This document shows positions 40,886 through 51,890 of a stretch of 64,000 nucleotides of DNA, piece by piece. The stretch's first letter is position 1. Each line of letters starts with the position of its first letter. A program made the position numbers and the translations under genes. This DNA comes from an uncultured virus (IMG/VR IMGVR_UViG_3300031251_000012) (lineage: Duplodnaviria > Heunggongvirae > Uroviricota > Caudoviricetes): the IMG/VR virus record IMGVR_UViG_3300031251_000012; one strand, written 5' to 3'. The notes under the pieces were generated by a model, which made no database searches, was not told where the DNA came from, and worked only from the letters and a program-made list of their open reading frames with translations.

Positions 40886-41161
40886 CTACATCAACATTAG
40901 ATACTTATCTAAATTATCCGTATTTATTCCCAAGTCTTCATTTATATATTTTAACATATGCGGTATATCTCCGTGTGTTTCATTACAAAAATAAATAAAA
41001 CAACGAGCAAAATTATTCCACACATCCAGTTCTCTTTTAGAATAAACTTCAATCATTGCTTCCCATATAGAACTTACACGCCTACTATCTACATGCTCTA
41101 TAAAATCTGTATCAACTATTGTAAATAGTTTTACACTGTCGTGATCAAAACTTTGGAACAT
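40886..41161 (-). CDS. 'DxDF/EKYLML' family protein
   Basis: VDTDF, VYSKRELDV, DKYLMLM. Confidence 0.7.
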   Translation of the reverse strand: MFQSFDHDSVKLFTIVDTDFIEHVDSRRVSSIWEAMIEVYSKRELDVWNNFARCFIYFCNETHGDIPHMLKYINEDLGINTDNLDKYLMLM

Positions 41162-41165
41162 TTTA

Positions 41166-41498
41166 TCATACCAACATTAAATATTTTTCAACTTCATCAA
41201 TGTTTATATTTAAATCTGAATAATGTTTATCAGTGGCAAGCATACGGATCATATCTTCATATATTGAAAATTTATTTTCAATACAATATTTTTTTAACGC
41301 AATTGCTAAGTTTCCATATACGTTTAATTCTTTTTTAGAATAAACATGAAAAATAGCGTGCCATATTGAATACCCTTCCCAATCATCAGTAAAATCTGAA
41401 TCAGTTATTATATAATGATACGGGGCAATATATAATGGATCGTCCTCATCAGAATATGATATTCCATCAATATATTTGGATTCGAACTTAATAAACAT
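41166..41498 (-). CDS. 'DxDF/EKYLML' family protein
   Basis: TDSDF, VYSKKELNVYGNL, EKYLMLV. Confidence 0.7.
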   Translation of the reverse strand: MFIKFESKYIDGISYSDEDDPLYIAPYHYIITDSDFTDDWEGYSIWHAIFHVYSKKELNVYGNLAIALKKYCIENKFSIYEDMIRMLATDKHYSDLNINIDEVEKYLMLV

Positions 41499-41776
41499 TA
41501 TTCTCTAATCAATCTCTGTAAAACAATATCCACAATATAACTAACACTTGCCCCAGCCAATCCGAATAATATAAAATCGCGAAAACTAAATTGATCGAAT
41601 GATAGCAGATATACTAAATATCCTGCATGGAATCCAACACATGCGTAGCAAGAAAATAATTGGTAAAATAGTGGGTGCTGACGGATTAACCATATACGAG
41701 GCTTATCAAAAAGACTACTGTCTTTTATAATAAATGTCAATCCATAGAACGCGAATAAAATTATTACTATATTCAT
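41498..41776 (-). CDS. Small membrane protein (DUF1360-like)
   Basis: LF...R, LFSCYACVGF, hydrophobic helices. Confidence 0.55.
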   Translation of the reverse strand: MNIVIILFAFYGLTFIIKDSSLFDKPRIWLIRQHPLFYQLFSCYACVGFHAGYLVYLLSFDQFSFRDFILFGLAGASVSYIVDIVLQRLIRE

Positions 41777-41990
41777 TTTTACATCAACACAAGTAAATGT
41801 TCCACTTCTTCAAGTTTTATATTATGCAATTGTCTTCCGGTTCTAACAAGTCTATGTGCTTCAATCCATAAATCACCATTGAAAATTTCAATCAATGTTT
41901 TTATTGGGAATAGGTATTCTTCATTTAGTCTCGCCGTAGTCCATACAAGATCAACAAAATCTAAAAACTCTTTGATTTCTTCTGGCGTGC

Positions 41991-42296
41991 TCATATTAGC
42001 ATCAAGTATTTCTGCACATCGTCTGCATATTTTTTATATTTTACACAACGATCTATATTGAATTTAATTAAATCATTCATATTATTCATATGAGTTTTAC
42101 AAAAATATCTAAACGCTCTTACTAAATTGGCACCAACATTTAGATTTCGTTTTTCATATACCTCTATAACCGCTTCGCCAATACCACCGCTCCCGACCCA
42201 ATGAAGTATAATGTTTTCCACAAAATCTGTGTCAATTATCGTATAATGAATACATTTATTTATATCGTCGTGTTTGAATGTATATGATTGAAACAT
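41991..42296 (-). CDS. 'DxDF/EKYLML' family protein
   Basis: IDTDF, VYEKRNLNVGANL, QKYLMLI. Confidence 0.7.
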   Translation of the reverse strand: MFQSYTFKHDDINKCIHYTIIDTDFVENIILHWVGSGGIGEAVIEVYEKRNLNVGANLVRAFRYFCKTHMNNMNDLIKFNIDRCVKYKKYADDVQKYLMLI

Positions 42297-43097
42297 TTAT
42301 ATGTAAATTCTATTACAATTTTTGGGCTGTCCCCAATAACTGGCTTTGCCAGTGAAAGACAAAACGTTCCTTGCTAAATGTGCCGTGGATGCAGAATGTG
42401 TGTGCCCCGACAAAACAAGCAGTATTCTTTTCTTATGTTCAGACATAATGTTTTTTACTCGTTCTCCCAACTGATGATTTACATTATATGGAAGCCAGTA
42501 TTTTCCAAACATTGTTTCTTGATCATTTGTGCACTCCGCTGATATCGGAAAATGAGTTAACATATAAATAGTTCTATATTTTTCTAATGCGATTTTTAAT
42601 TGTTTCTCTATAAAATCTGCACTGTCTAATGACATTTTTCTGCAATATTCAAAACGCTCTTCCCAAGACATTTTTTTTAATTCTGGTATCATATACCAAT
42701 CGAATGTCCATTTGATATATTTCATATCCCCCAACGAAAGATCATACCAGCCTTGTGTTCCAATAATTCCTACATCGTCTGCAAGTTCTAAAACACCTTC
42801 ACGATCCATCCAATGAAGATTAGGATATTTATCACATAGTTCATTTAACATGTCTTTTGTTTTTTGGAAACCAAGAATAAAATTACAATGATTACCCGTG
42901 ATGAAGTATATAGGACAATCTATATGCCTTGCTAATTCCTCTAAATGATATCGAAGGAAAGAACTTGATATATCACCAGTAATAAATAACCCCGAAGCAT
43001 TCTCTTTATTTATGGCGTGATACATTGCCCGTTTCGCCCAAGGCCAAGCGGAACTTAAATGTAAATCTGTATACCATAAATATTTTTTACTGTCCAT
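42297..43097 (-). CDS. Calcineurin-like metallophosphoesterase
   Basis: TDLH, TGD, TGNH, THFP, GHTH. Confidence 0.85.
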   Translation of the reverse strand: MDSKKYLWYTDLHLSSAWPWAKRAMYHAINKENASGLFITGDISSSFLRYHLEELARHIDCPIYFITGNHCNFILGFQKTKDMLNELCDKYPNLHWMDREGVLELADDVGIIGTQGWYDLSLGDMKYIKWTFDWYMIPELKKMSWEERFEYCRKMSLDSADFIEKQLKIALEKYRTIYMLTHFPISAECTNDQETMFGKYWLPYNVNHQLGERVKNIMSEHKKRILLVLSGHTHSASTAHLARNVLSFTGKASYWGQPKNCNRIYI

Positions 43098-43109
43098 ACA
43101 ATAATTCCA

Positions 43110-43928
43110 TTATAATAATATTAACAATTCTTCCAATCGCTCTAATGTTATATCGAATGGAAACTTTATTTTCTTTGACACACATTTTTCATATTCATGG
43201 GTTCCGCCGTTTTGGTAAACAAGGCATAAATCATCAGCATACCAATATATAATATATTTAGTGCCACCCAATCTTCTATGAATACATTCTGCGTTTTTGT
43301 TTATATAAATAAAATGAGTGACTTCGCAATTGACACAATACAGTCCGTTGTATTGCCAATCTTTATTGCATACTGGACAATTATGGAAAAACATTTTAGT
43401 ATAATAACCTATATTTTTCACAATAATAATTAGCGTTCTCAATTCCGTCATCATCTACTATGACACGCCAAGTCATCGGAGGTAAAAGCGCTTGTAGTCT
43501 TATATGACTTTCACAAACTAAACAATTAAAATGTATAACATTAAAAGATATTAACCCAGCTCGTATATATTTTAGATTGTGTCCATACTTGGAAAGATAT
43601 TCGATTGCTTCGTTGGGATCCTCTGTATATGGTATTGTTGCAATCATACTAATACTCTATACTTTTCACAATAAAACATAGCCGTTTCATTAAGATTATT
43701 GTCCACACATAATCTGTATTCTTTTTCTGAACCACCATATCTTCCAAGAATAACTCTACTACCACATACTTTACATTTAAAATCCATACGCCAACGAATA
43801 GAATCACCATATTCATAACTAAATTTACTGTCTAAAATTAGGTTATGCCCATACTCTTTCAAGTATTCTATTGCTTTATTAGCGTCTTTTGTATATGGAA
43901 TGGAAGCCCAAGTAATCATTTTGACCAA
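43110..43928 (-). other. Three small Zn-ribbon ORFs with the shared tail (43110-43394, 43396-43647, 43644-43928)
   Basis: CxxC motifs; the latter two share IPYT.D.N.AIEYL..YGHNL and YCEKYR.L. Confidence 0.65.
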
Positions 43929-44166
43929 CCAATAATAACACCATCAATTATAATAAAATTATTATCAGAATGATCGGATGGGTATGCGTAATCATGTTCG
44001 ATTACTTCACCAAGTAAATTAATAAATTCATCATAACCAATGAGTATCTTTTTTGGCTTATTTCCAGTTCCACTATGGAAGTTAGATATCATTGTGCGAA
44101 TAGCGAGTAAGATTGTGTTATTCATCTTTTATACCAATGTTTAATATTGGGCTGGAAACCGAATGG

Positions 44167-46047
44167 CTATTCCTCAATCATTGACATTAGTTCGTTTTCA
44201 CTAATAATTTTAATACCAGCAGATCGTGCTTTATTTGTTTTCAATGATGTGCTGTCTTCCGAAGCACATACCAAGTGTGTGCTTGCTTTTCCAATTGTTT
44301 TAGCATATTTTCCGCCAGCCTCTTCAATCATAACCGCAAGATCATCTCGCTTTGTTGACGTTTTTCCGGTTATTGTTATAACAAACCCATTCAATTTTCC
44401 AGTATTACTCATCGTCTTTACCTTTATTCCTAATTCTAATAACTCTTCAATAATTTTTCTATTCTTTTTTAATCCATCAAAAAGATTTTTAGCCTTCACA
44501 ACTCCAAGCCCTTTCACTGCTTGCAAGCAATTTTCAGGCGCGTTCATAATTTTGTCAAGCGTATCCAAACCAGCATTCATTACAAACTTTATGGAACTGC
44601 GTCCAACCAATGGAATACTCAAACTTCCAAGGAATGTATCTAATGGTATTTCCGTAATGCTCCACAATGACTTATAAACATTCTCTGCCGACTTCTTGCC
44701 CATCCGTTCCAGCCCTGCCAAGTCGTCCAGCGTCAATTTATACAAGTCCGCAGGCGTGGCAACGAGCCCTGCCTCGACCAACTTGTCAATCAATCCATCA
44801 CCAACTTCCAAAACATTCAATCCGCTAATCCAATTAGATATACGACCTTTTATTTGGGCAGGGCAACTATTAACATTCGTGCATTGAAGATTTTCACCAT
44901 TCATTACCAAGTCGCCATTGCAAGTCGGGCAATGTTTTGGTGCTTTGAATACTGTTCCAGTTCCATTAATCACTTCTTTAACGCTTGGTATGACATCGTT
45001 ATTTCTTGCAACAATTACTCTTGCTCCAATATCGATTTCCATAGTTTCAAGAAACGACATATTGTAGCAACTTGCATTCGTTATTTTTGCGCCAGCAAGT
45101 TCAACTTCATCAAACACTGCTACTGGGGTTATACGACCCGAGTTCCCACATTGTAATTTGATATCTCTAATAATTGTTTCCGCCTCCTCGTTCTCAAACT
45201 TTGCTGCTATGGATGCTTTTGGCTTGTTGTTAGTCATACCATAACTATCAAACTTACTCATATTATTATTTGATATAACCAAGCCATCAAGATCATATGG
45301 AATAGTATCTCTTATTTCATTTTGAAAACGAGTGAAGTATGCATATGTATCTTTTCCATTATCGAATAATGAGTAATCTGGTGTAGTAAATCCAAGTTTC
45401 TGTAAAAGATTAAACTGATCTACTAATGTTTTTAGTTCAACATCATCTGTTTGTATTTTATATACAAGTATATTTAAATACTGACAACCGCTCCCATCAT
45501 AAGCTCTTGCTATACCTGATGCAGCATTTCTTGCAGACATATAATCTTTGAAGTGTTTTTGATGATTTGCTTTTGATAGAACAATCTCACCACGAATTGT
45601 TGCAGTAATGTTATTGGGAAGTGTTTTAGGAACGCCTTGCATTTTTACAACATTAACTGTAATATCTTCACCGCTACCTGATTTTCCACCACGAGTAGCA
45701 GCAACAACTAATTTACCGTCTTCATACACAAGACTAACGCTCAATCCATCAATTTTCCAAGTGGTAAAAAACCGCTCATCGAAACAATAATCTTTTGACC
45801 ACTTTAAAAACTGTTCTTCTGTATTACATTTATTGAGACTTCCCATCACCGAAGAATGTTTATATTTTTTCCATTCTGATACTGGTTCTGCGCCAATCTC
45901 AATTATTTCATTATCATTTGGGTCAAGTTTTTCAACTTCATCGTGCAATGCATCGTATGTTGCATCTGGCACAACTGGTTCGTCATTATAATAGGCTTCG
46001 CGCCATTTACGAAGCAGATTTTTCTTCGCTTCAATTTGACTTGACAT
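44167..46047 (-). CDS. ligA: NAD-dependent DNA ligase
   Basis: YYN..P...D..YD, KIDG, RGE, RNAASG, DGLV, GRITP, Zn finger CPTC...C....C, HhH, BRCT. Confidence 0.95.
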   Translation of the reverse strand: MSSQIEAKKNLLRKWREAYYNDEPVVPDATYDALHDEVEKLDPNDNEIIEIGAEPVSEWKKYKHSSVMGSLNKCNTEEQFLKWSKDYCFDERFFTTWKIDGLSVSLVYEDGKLVVAATRGGKSGSGEDITVNVVKMQGVPKTLPNNITATIRGEIVLSKANHQKHFKDYMSARNAASGIARAYDGSGCQYLNILVYKIQTDDVELKTLVDQFNLLQKLGFTTPDYSLFDNGKDTYAYFTRFQNEIRDTIPYDLDGLVISNNNMSKFDSYGMTNNKPKASIAAKFENEEAETIIRDIKLQCGNSGRITPVAVFDEVELAGAKITNASCYNMSFLETMEIDIGARVIVARNNDVIPSVKEVINGTGTVFKAPKHCPTCNGDLVMNGENLQCTNVNSCPAQIKGRISNWISGLNVLEVGDGLIDKLVEAGLVATPADLYKLTLDDLAGLERMGKKSAENVYKSLWSITEIPLDTFLGSLSIPLVGRSSIKFVMNAGLDTLDKIMNAPENCLQAVKGLGVVKAKNLFDGLKKNRKIIEELLELGIKVKTMSNTGKLNGFVITITGKTSTKRDDLAVMIEEAGGKYAKTIGKASTHLVCASEDSTSLKTNKARSAGIKIISENELMSMIEE

Positions 46048-46067
46048 TTTATTTTACAACTTTCTAA

Positions 46068-46493
46068 TTATAGCAATCGCAATCGTTTTATCGATTTGCT
46101 AACGGTGCTCTTAAGTATCGGAGATAGGCTTGCACAAGTTTCGGTTCCCGGTTCAAGTTCCGTTTTCCCGTTATCTTTGACAACAAAAAAATTATCTTTA
46201 CCAAACTCTATCTTCAACTCTTCCCATTCCTTGTCGTCCGCTTTCAGTATAATCTTCGTTGAGCCGTTTGTCAACCAGCGCGTGGTTAGCTCCGTATGAT
46301 TTAATTCATTTTGAGGTAAGCAATGTAATTTTGCATTAATCGCCAGCGCCTTGAAGTAATGAATTAATGCATACTGTATCGAATGTCCAATTTGGGCGCC
46401 AGTCTTTCCAATACTCATACCCAATTCTTCTCTCACAATAATATACATTACCACTGGATCGTAAGTATTTTCAGGCATCGTTTTTTCTCCCAT
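46068..46493 (-). CDS. Peptidyl-tRNA hydrolase 2 (Pth2) family
   Basis: MYIIVR..L.MS.GK..AQ.GH, KIILK, V.D.G.TE..PGT.T, LRLL. Confidence 0.88.
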   Translation of the reverse strand: MGEKTMPENTYDPVVMYIIVREELGMSIGKTGAQIGHSIQYALIHYFKALAINAKLHCLPQNELNHTELTTRWLTNGSTKIILKADDKEWEELKIEFGKDNFFVVKDNGKTELEPGTETCASLSPILKSTVSKSIKRLRLL

Positions 46494-46527
46494 CTTTTTA
46501 CATCGTTATTCTTATACTGTGGAATGC

Positions 46528-46770
46528 CTAAATCAACAAAAGATATTTTTCAACTTCGTCTTTATATTTTTCTGGTGTGTTCTCTTTATGGATTGCTTTA
46601 ATTGACATATGAACTGATTTTTTTGCCCACCATACATAGCCACGAACTAAATTGGCTGCAACATTAAGATTTTTATATTCATAAACGGTGGCCATACTTA
46701 TCCAATAACCTTCGCAAGCCTCTTCAAAATCGGTGTCATATAATATACCATCTTCCCATTTAATAAACAT
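46528..46770 (-). CDS. 'DxDF/EKYLLL' family protein
   Basis: YDTDFE, VYEYKNLNVAANL, EKYLLLI. Confidence 0.7.
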   Translation of the reverse strand: MFIKWEDGILYDTDFEEACEGYWISMATVYEYKNLNVAANLVRGYVWWAKKSVHMSIKAIHKENTPEKYKDEVEKYLLLI

Positions 46771-46772
46771 TT

Positions 46773-47078
46773 TTACATCAACATTAGATATTTTTCAATA
46801 TCGTTTTTATATTTTGGATATAACGCATTATGCAATTCATTATCTCTCATTATATCTTCAATCGTTAGTTTCATATAAGGGTCAGGATCTCGCGAACAAT
46901 ATTCTGACCAATACTTGAATGCTAATGCCATATTAGCGCCAACATTCTCGCCCCTAATCTCATACACTAAAAATATTCCATACCATCCACCCACACCACC
47001 AATAGGATTTGATATTGCCTCATAATTTACTTCGAAACCTGTATCTATAACAAAACCATTTTCTAGTTTTATGAACAT
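46773..47078 (-). CDS. 'DxDF/EKYLLL' family protein
   Basis: IDTGFE, VYE...NVGANM, EKYLMLM. Confidence 0.7.
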   Translation of the reverse strand: MFIKLENGFVIDTGFEVNYEAISNPIGGVGGWYGIFLVYEIRGENVGANMALAFKYWSEYCSRDPDPYMKLTIEDIMRDNELHNALYPKYKNDIEKYLMLM

Positions 47079-47079
47079 C

Positions 47080-48744
47080 TCAGTTGCTCTTCTTAATCAT
47101 CTCCTTGCAATCCGCAAGAAAATAACCTTTCATCTGCGAGTAAATCATCTCGAAGAACTTCTCTCCGCTCTTTGGGAATGATTTCATCCAAGTTCCACCA
47201 ATGAACTTCTTATGCGCTTCTTCCTTCACACTCTTTGCATTCTTCAAAAATGACATTAGATATTTACGATGGTATTCTTCTTTGCTGGCGTATTCCATTT
47301 CTTCCGATACAACGATGCTATTTAGGAATAGTTTTGCGAATGTTGTTCCGGCAAGTCCCTTGCCATGTCTCTTGTCAATATGATTCAATAGGTTAATTAT
47401 ACCGCCACCACCGAATGCTTTCAATTCTTCATCAATCTTTGGTTCAACAAGATCGAATACCGTTGGTGCTTTTGGCATAATTTCACTGCCATCTGGTTCC
47501 CAAGTATTTGCATAATCGTTTTCAGTTTGCCATTTTGTTTTTGCAGCATTGTATATGACTTTACTTTCTGCAACTCGTTTTTCTGCTGCTTCATATAGTT
47601 CTCGTTTTATTTTGATCATATTATCAAGATCAATGCATACATTTTTCTTGAAGTTTTCCGTCAATGACTTGATATTCATTGGAATGACTTTGATTGATGA
47701 AGTGTGCTCTCTTACTTCTATCGGATGATCAGCATACGATGTTTCACCTTGCTTCAATAATTTTCTTGAAGGCTCATCAGGCATATAGTATTCATTCATT
47801 GCCCCATCAGAAGTGGCACGAACTTCAAGCCCAGACTTTTCTTTCAATACCTTTTTAAATGTAGCGAGTGTATCGGCATTGGAATTAGGATACATAGTAT
47901 CTATCATCAATACTGGTTTCTTTGTATTTTTATGAATTGCAAAACGAACCATACAACGGTTTAGCATCTTGGTTCCGTAGCCCGGAACCTCATCTTTATC
48001 CGATGATATATAGACTACGCCAACATACCTCGATGATATTGATCCTATTAGTCCTCTTGATTGAGGCGCTGACCACGCTTGACAAGATGTTATACCACGC
48101 ATAGATATCGTCCCAATATCCCAAGCCCCATCTTCACCGTATGAAGAAAAACATACTGTGTATTTTTTATTTGGCACATTGACGCGTGAAAAATCTTTGA
48201 ACTCCTGATACTGTTCGATTTTCGTTGGTTTTAACCCAAGTGCTTCTAATTCAGTCCATAGTTTATTTGCAACACGAAGAACTGCTTCATCTTTGCGAAA
48301 AACTGGATTCTTATCACCATTGAATAAATCAGAACGAAGACGCATAACAACCTTACCGTCTTCAACTTTTATATACTCACTTAACCTTAGAGAATACGCA
48401 ACTGTATCAATAAGGCTAATCATAGATTGAATGCTACAACATAATTCGTTTCTATTTTTCTCTGTTGATTTTAGTGCTGTTTCAAGATTTGAATATAACT
48501 TAGTTTTAAATGCATTCAACTCATAAATAATTTTATTGCCAAGATATGTTGCTGATGTTTTTGCCTCAGCGGTATTCATAATTTCGCAGGGTTCTTTGAA
48601 GTTTGCAAGTCCAATTTTTGGAAAGACTTTATCGATTTTATTCATATCCTTGAATACCTGATGGTTTTTGATCCATTCAGGGTATTTTCGTTTACCATTT
48701 ATGATATAATCGATACCAGTAGATTTTTCTATTTGTGTGTTCAT
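47080..48744 (-). CDS. Tandem paralogue 5 of uncharacterised SMRGIxSCQxW family
   Basis: FSSYGEDGAWDIGTISMRGITSCQAW. Confidence 0.85.
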   Translation of the reverse strand: MNTQIEKSTGIDYIINGKRKYPEWIKNHQVFKDMNKIDKVFPKIGLANFKEPCEIMNTAEAKTSATYLGNKIIYELNAFKTKLYSNLETALKSTEKNRNELCCSIQSMISLIDTVAYSLRLSEYIKVEDGKVVMRLRSDLFNGDKNPVFRKDEAVLRVANKLWTELEALGLKPTKIEQYQEFKDFSRVNVPNKKYTVCFSSYGEDGAWDIGTISMRGITSCQAWSAPQSRGLIGSISSRYVGVVYISSDKDEVPGYGTKMLNRCMVRFAIHKNTKKPVLMIDTMYPNSNADTLATFKKVLKEKSGLEVRATSDGAMNEYYMPDEPSRKLLKQGETSYADHPIEVREHTSSIKVIPMNIKSLTENFKKNVCIDLDNMIKIKRELYEAAEKRVAESKVIYNAAKTKWQTENDYANTWEPDGSEIMPKAPTVFDLVEPKIDEELKAFGGGGIINLLNHIDKRHGKGLAGTTFAKLFLNSIVVSEEMEYASKEEYHRKYLMSFLKNAKSVKEEAHKKFIGGTWMKSFPKSGEKFFEMIYSQMKGYFLADCKEMIKKSN

Positions 48745-48745
48745 C

Positions 48746-50356
48746 TTAATTTATAACCTTTTTCATTTCAAGTTTAATGAACTCAATCATTAGTGAATAT
48801 AAATACTCCGTGAATACTTCCATATTCACTGTTCGTGAGGCATGTGCTTGAACTTGCGGGGTAAGAACTGAGACTGCACGAGTAAATACTTTTTTTCTAT
48901 TTATCAAAATATCCATTAGATATTTTCTGTAATAGGATTTGCTATCTTTGTAGTTTTTACTACTTGTCGCTGGAAACACACTCATCATATGAAGTGATAT
49001 GGCATCACAAAACGGTGTGAGCGCCACATTCATCATAATGTTTTTTATGGTCTTTTTTATTTCGTCATTGACAATGGAATTACCATTATACACATCTTCC
49101 ATCTTTTTAGAAAAGAACAATGGAAGGTTTGCCCTGAACCCACGAACATCTCGTTCAATTTCTTCTTTGCTATGTGTCAATAAGTAATACACATTGATAT
49201 CTTCTTTTGATTTCAATGGTGTATCTTGATACGACAACTCCCGATTGGAAACTTCGTTTCTAACCTTTTCTGATGGAGAATAAATATGTTTTATCTTATT
49301 CCCAAGTTCTGGTGCGTAATAGACTGGTAGTTTGGTTTTTGATTGAAGGATTTTTGTAAAAATACCACACACTTCTCTATCGTATTCAGGATACATTTTA
49401 TCAATCAAAATGCAAGGCGCTCCTTCATCAGAATCGATTGCATATCTTACAACACAACGACGCAACATCTTTGTTCCAAGATTAGAATATGTTGGATGAT
49501 CGTCTGCTTTTACGCCTGATGTTAGGTAAATTATTCCAACATACCTAGAAAGAATAGATCCTATTAGACAACGAGGATATTCTCCATCCCAACGCTGACA
49601 AGACTTTATTCCACGCATAGACATTGTAGCAATATCCCAAGCGCCAGCCTCACCTTCCGACGAAAAGACAACGTTGTATTCTTTGTTTGGCATATTTTCT
49701 TTGCTGAAAACTTTGAACGGTTCCGTTGTTTCAAGATTTGTAAATGGGATATCAAGCGCAAGGCATCGTTCTTTCAACGCATTGAATATTCTGAATAGTG
49801 GTTCATCTACTCGAAAAATATTTTTACCTTCTCTTTGATCTGGTATATTTGCCACCAACTTTAATACTACTTTACCTTCCGTCATATGAACAGAACCGTT
49901 TATTACATTTGGATCATATGGATCTGTATATGATGACAATATACCAAGGATTTTTGACATAAAATATAGATCATTGACCTTTGATCTGTTTGCTTCGCGT
50001 TCTTCTTTTGGAGAAAGATATTGAATCCTATCCCCCATCATTGATGCGCTGTCTCTTGCATTGGTAAGAATACCAGACATTTTCTGCAAAAGATTGAAAA
50101 CATAACCACCCTCTTTTTTTATGTTGTCGAATGCCTTGTCAATCTTTACCGTGTCAGAAAAATTAGGAAGCCCGATTGACGGGAAGACTTTGCTAACTTT
50201 TATTGGGTTCTTGAATAATGTGTGATCTTTTATGAACGCTGGAATATTTTTATCTTTAAATAATTCCGTTGAAACTGGGATCTTTTTTGCCTGTTGTATT
50301 TTTTTAGTTTCTTTTATTTTATTAGTTTTTTCCACGGTTATTTTTCTCCCAATCAT
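48746..50356 (-). CDS. Tandem paralogue 4 of uncharacterised SMRGIxSCQxW family
   Basis: FSSEGEAGAWDIATMSMRGIKSCQRW. Confidence 0.85.
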   Translation of the reverse strand: MIGRKITVEKTNKIKETKKIQQAKKIPVSTELFKDKNIPAFIKDHTLFKNPIKVSKVFPSIGLPNFSDTVKIDKAFDNIKKEGGYVFNLLQKMSGILTNARDSASMMGDRIQYLSPKEEREANRSKVNDLYFMSKILGILSSYTDPYDPNVINGSVHMTEGKVVLKLVANIPDQREGKNIFRVDEPLFRIFNALKERCLALDIPFTNLETTEPFKVFSKENMPNKEYNVVFSSEGEAGAWDIATMSMRGIKSCQRWDGEYPRCLIGSILSRYVGIIYLTSGVKADDHPTYSNLGTKMLRRCVVRYAIDSDEGAPCILIDKMYPEYDREVCGIFTKILQSKTKLPVYYAPELGNKIKHIYSPSEKVRNEVSNRELSYQDTPLKSKEDINVYYLLTHSKEEIERDVRGFRANLPLFFSKKMEDVYNGNSIVNDEIKKTIKNIMMNVALTPFCDAISLHMMSVFPATSSKNYKDSKSYYRKYLMDILINRKKVFTRAVSVLTPQVQAHASRTVNMEVFTEYLYSLMIEFIKLEMKKVIN

Positions 50357-51882
50357 ACTAATTTAGCCACTGCCGGTTTGCTTGTCAATAATTCTTTTAA
50401 TTGTAATTTAACATTATTAGAAACTAATGTCTGAGTTGGTGTTAATAACTTAGTTAATATTTCTGAATTGATTTTGTTCTTTTTTGACAATTTATAATAC
50501 TTGTTTATTTTTCTAACACAAGATATTATTGCTTGTTTTGTATGTTTCTTAGCCAAGAAGGAAAAACATAATTGCTTCATATATTCGTCTGAACTCGTGA
50601 TATCATTTTTTGATGTAGTTTCAATTAGTTTGTTTGCTATTTCATTATAATAACTTGCTACGATCTCAGACATACCGGGAGTTTTGATTATTCTTTTGAG
50701 ACCAATTTTTATATCATTATTTTTAGTTATTGATGACAGATCTACTGATTTTAGACCAGTATAACACTGATCGAATGTGGCTACCATCTGACGAAAACGA
50801 ATATTTCTATTTTCGATATTTATTTCTAATTGAGGTTTTTTTACTCGAAGATCTTTTTTAGCAAAAACTGGTGTATCCATATAAGATTTTGTTCGTTTTG
50901 TAAGATTTTTTCTTATAGAATGATCTGGAAGGTATAATTTATTTATTATATTCCAATCAGTATTTTGCATTGGCCACACTATGATATCAATCTTACTATT
51001 TGTTTTTTCTTTTATGAAGTTATAAAATAACTCTTTTACTTTCCCATCATACGATGGATACATTCTATCTATTATAATTACTGGTTTTTTAGTTTCACTA
51101 TTTACAGCATATCTAACAATACATCTTTTGATCATTTTTGATCCAAGATTGTTTATATTTTTGCCCGTTGTCAGATATATAATACCAACGCAAGGGTCAA
51201 TAAGCGAACCAACCAGTTGTGTTTTGAATCTTCCGCTCCAACTTTGACAAGACACAATGCCACGCATAGACATCGTCGCGATATCCCATAATCCTTCTAA
51301 TCCGTTTGATGAAAATACTATTTTATAATCTTTTGTTGGGACATTATCTATGCTAAATTGCTTGAAGGATGCGATAGTTTCGAGTTTTGGAAAATTAATT
51401 CCGAGCCTTTCGGATTTAGATATTTCACATACCTTGTTATATATTCTGAAAAGACTTTCGTTCTTTCTGAAAATCACTTTGCCAGTATTATCTGCTATAT
51501 CAGATGATAGTTTTATCGATACTTTATTATTTTCATTATAAATGAAAGAATGATAGTAATGCTGATCTTTTACGTTTGCCAGTATCCCGCGCCAGTATAA
51601 TAATTTATTTATTTTAGCGGCTTGTGCATCATTAATAGGCGCGTGGCGATACGCTGCATTAGCGAACCTATTGAACATAAGCTCACCTAATTCACTAATC
51701 AGGCTTTCAGCGCTTGTTTTTGTAATTTCAGAATTATCGAACTTACAGGTTTCACTACAATTCGGCAATCCAATTGATGGAAAAACTTTACTAACTTTTG
51801 TTATTGATTTGAGTTTTTCATGTTCCGCAAGAAACTTTGGAAGTTTTTCGTTTTTTAGAAACTCTTGAATGTTTGTCTGCAT
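50353..51882 (-). CDS. Tandem paralogue 3 of uncharacterised SMRGIxSCQxW family
   Basis: FSSNGLEGLWDIATMSMRGIVSCQSW. Confidence 0.85.
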   Translation of the reverse strand: MQTNIQEFLKNEKLPKFLAEHEKLKSITKVSKVFPSIGLPNCSETCKFDNSEITKTSAESLISELGELMFNRFANAAYRHAPINDAQAAKINKLLYWRGILANVKDQHYYHSFIYNENNKVSIKLSSDIADNTGKVIFRKNESLFRIYNKVCEISKSERLGINFPKLETIASFKQFSIDNVPTKDYKIVFSSNGLEGLWDIATMSMRGIVSCQSWSGRFKTQLVGSLIDPCVGIIYLTTGKNINNLGSKMIKRCIVRYAVNSETKKPVIIIDRMYPSYDGKVKELFYNFIKEKTNSKIDIIVWPMQNTDWNIINKLYLPDHSIRKNLTKRTKSYMDTPVFAKKDLRVKKPQLEINIENRNIRFRQMVATFDQCYTGLKSVDLSSITKNNDIKIGLKRIIKTPGMSEIVASYYNEIANKLIETTSKNDITSSDEYMKQLCFSFLAKKHTKQAIISCVRKINKYYKLSKKNKINSEILTKLLTPTQTLVSNNVKLQLKELLTSKPAVAKLV

Positions 51883-51890
51883 ATTTCACT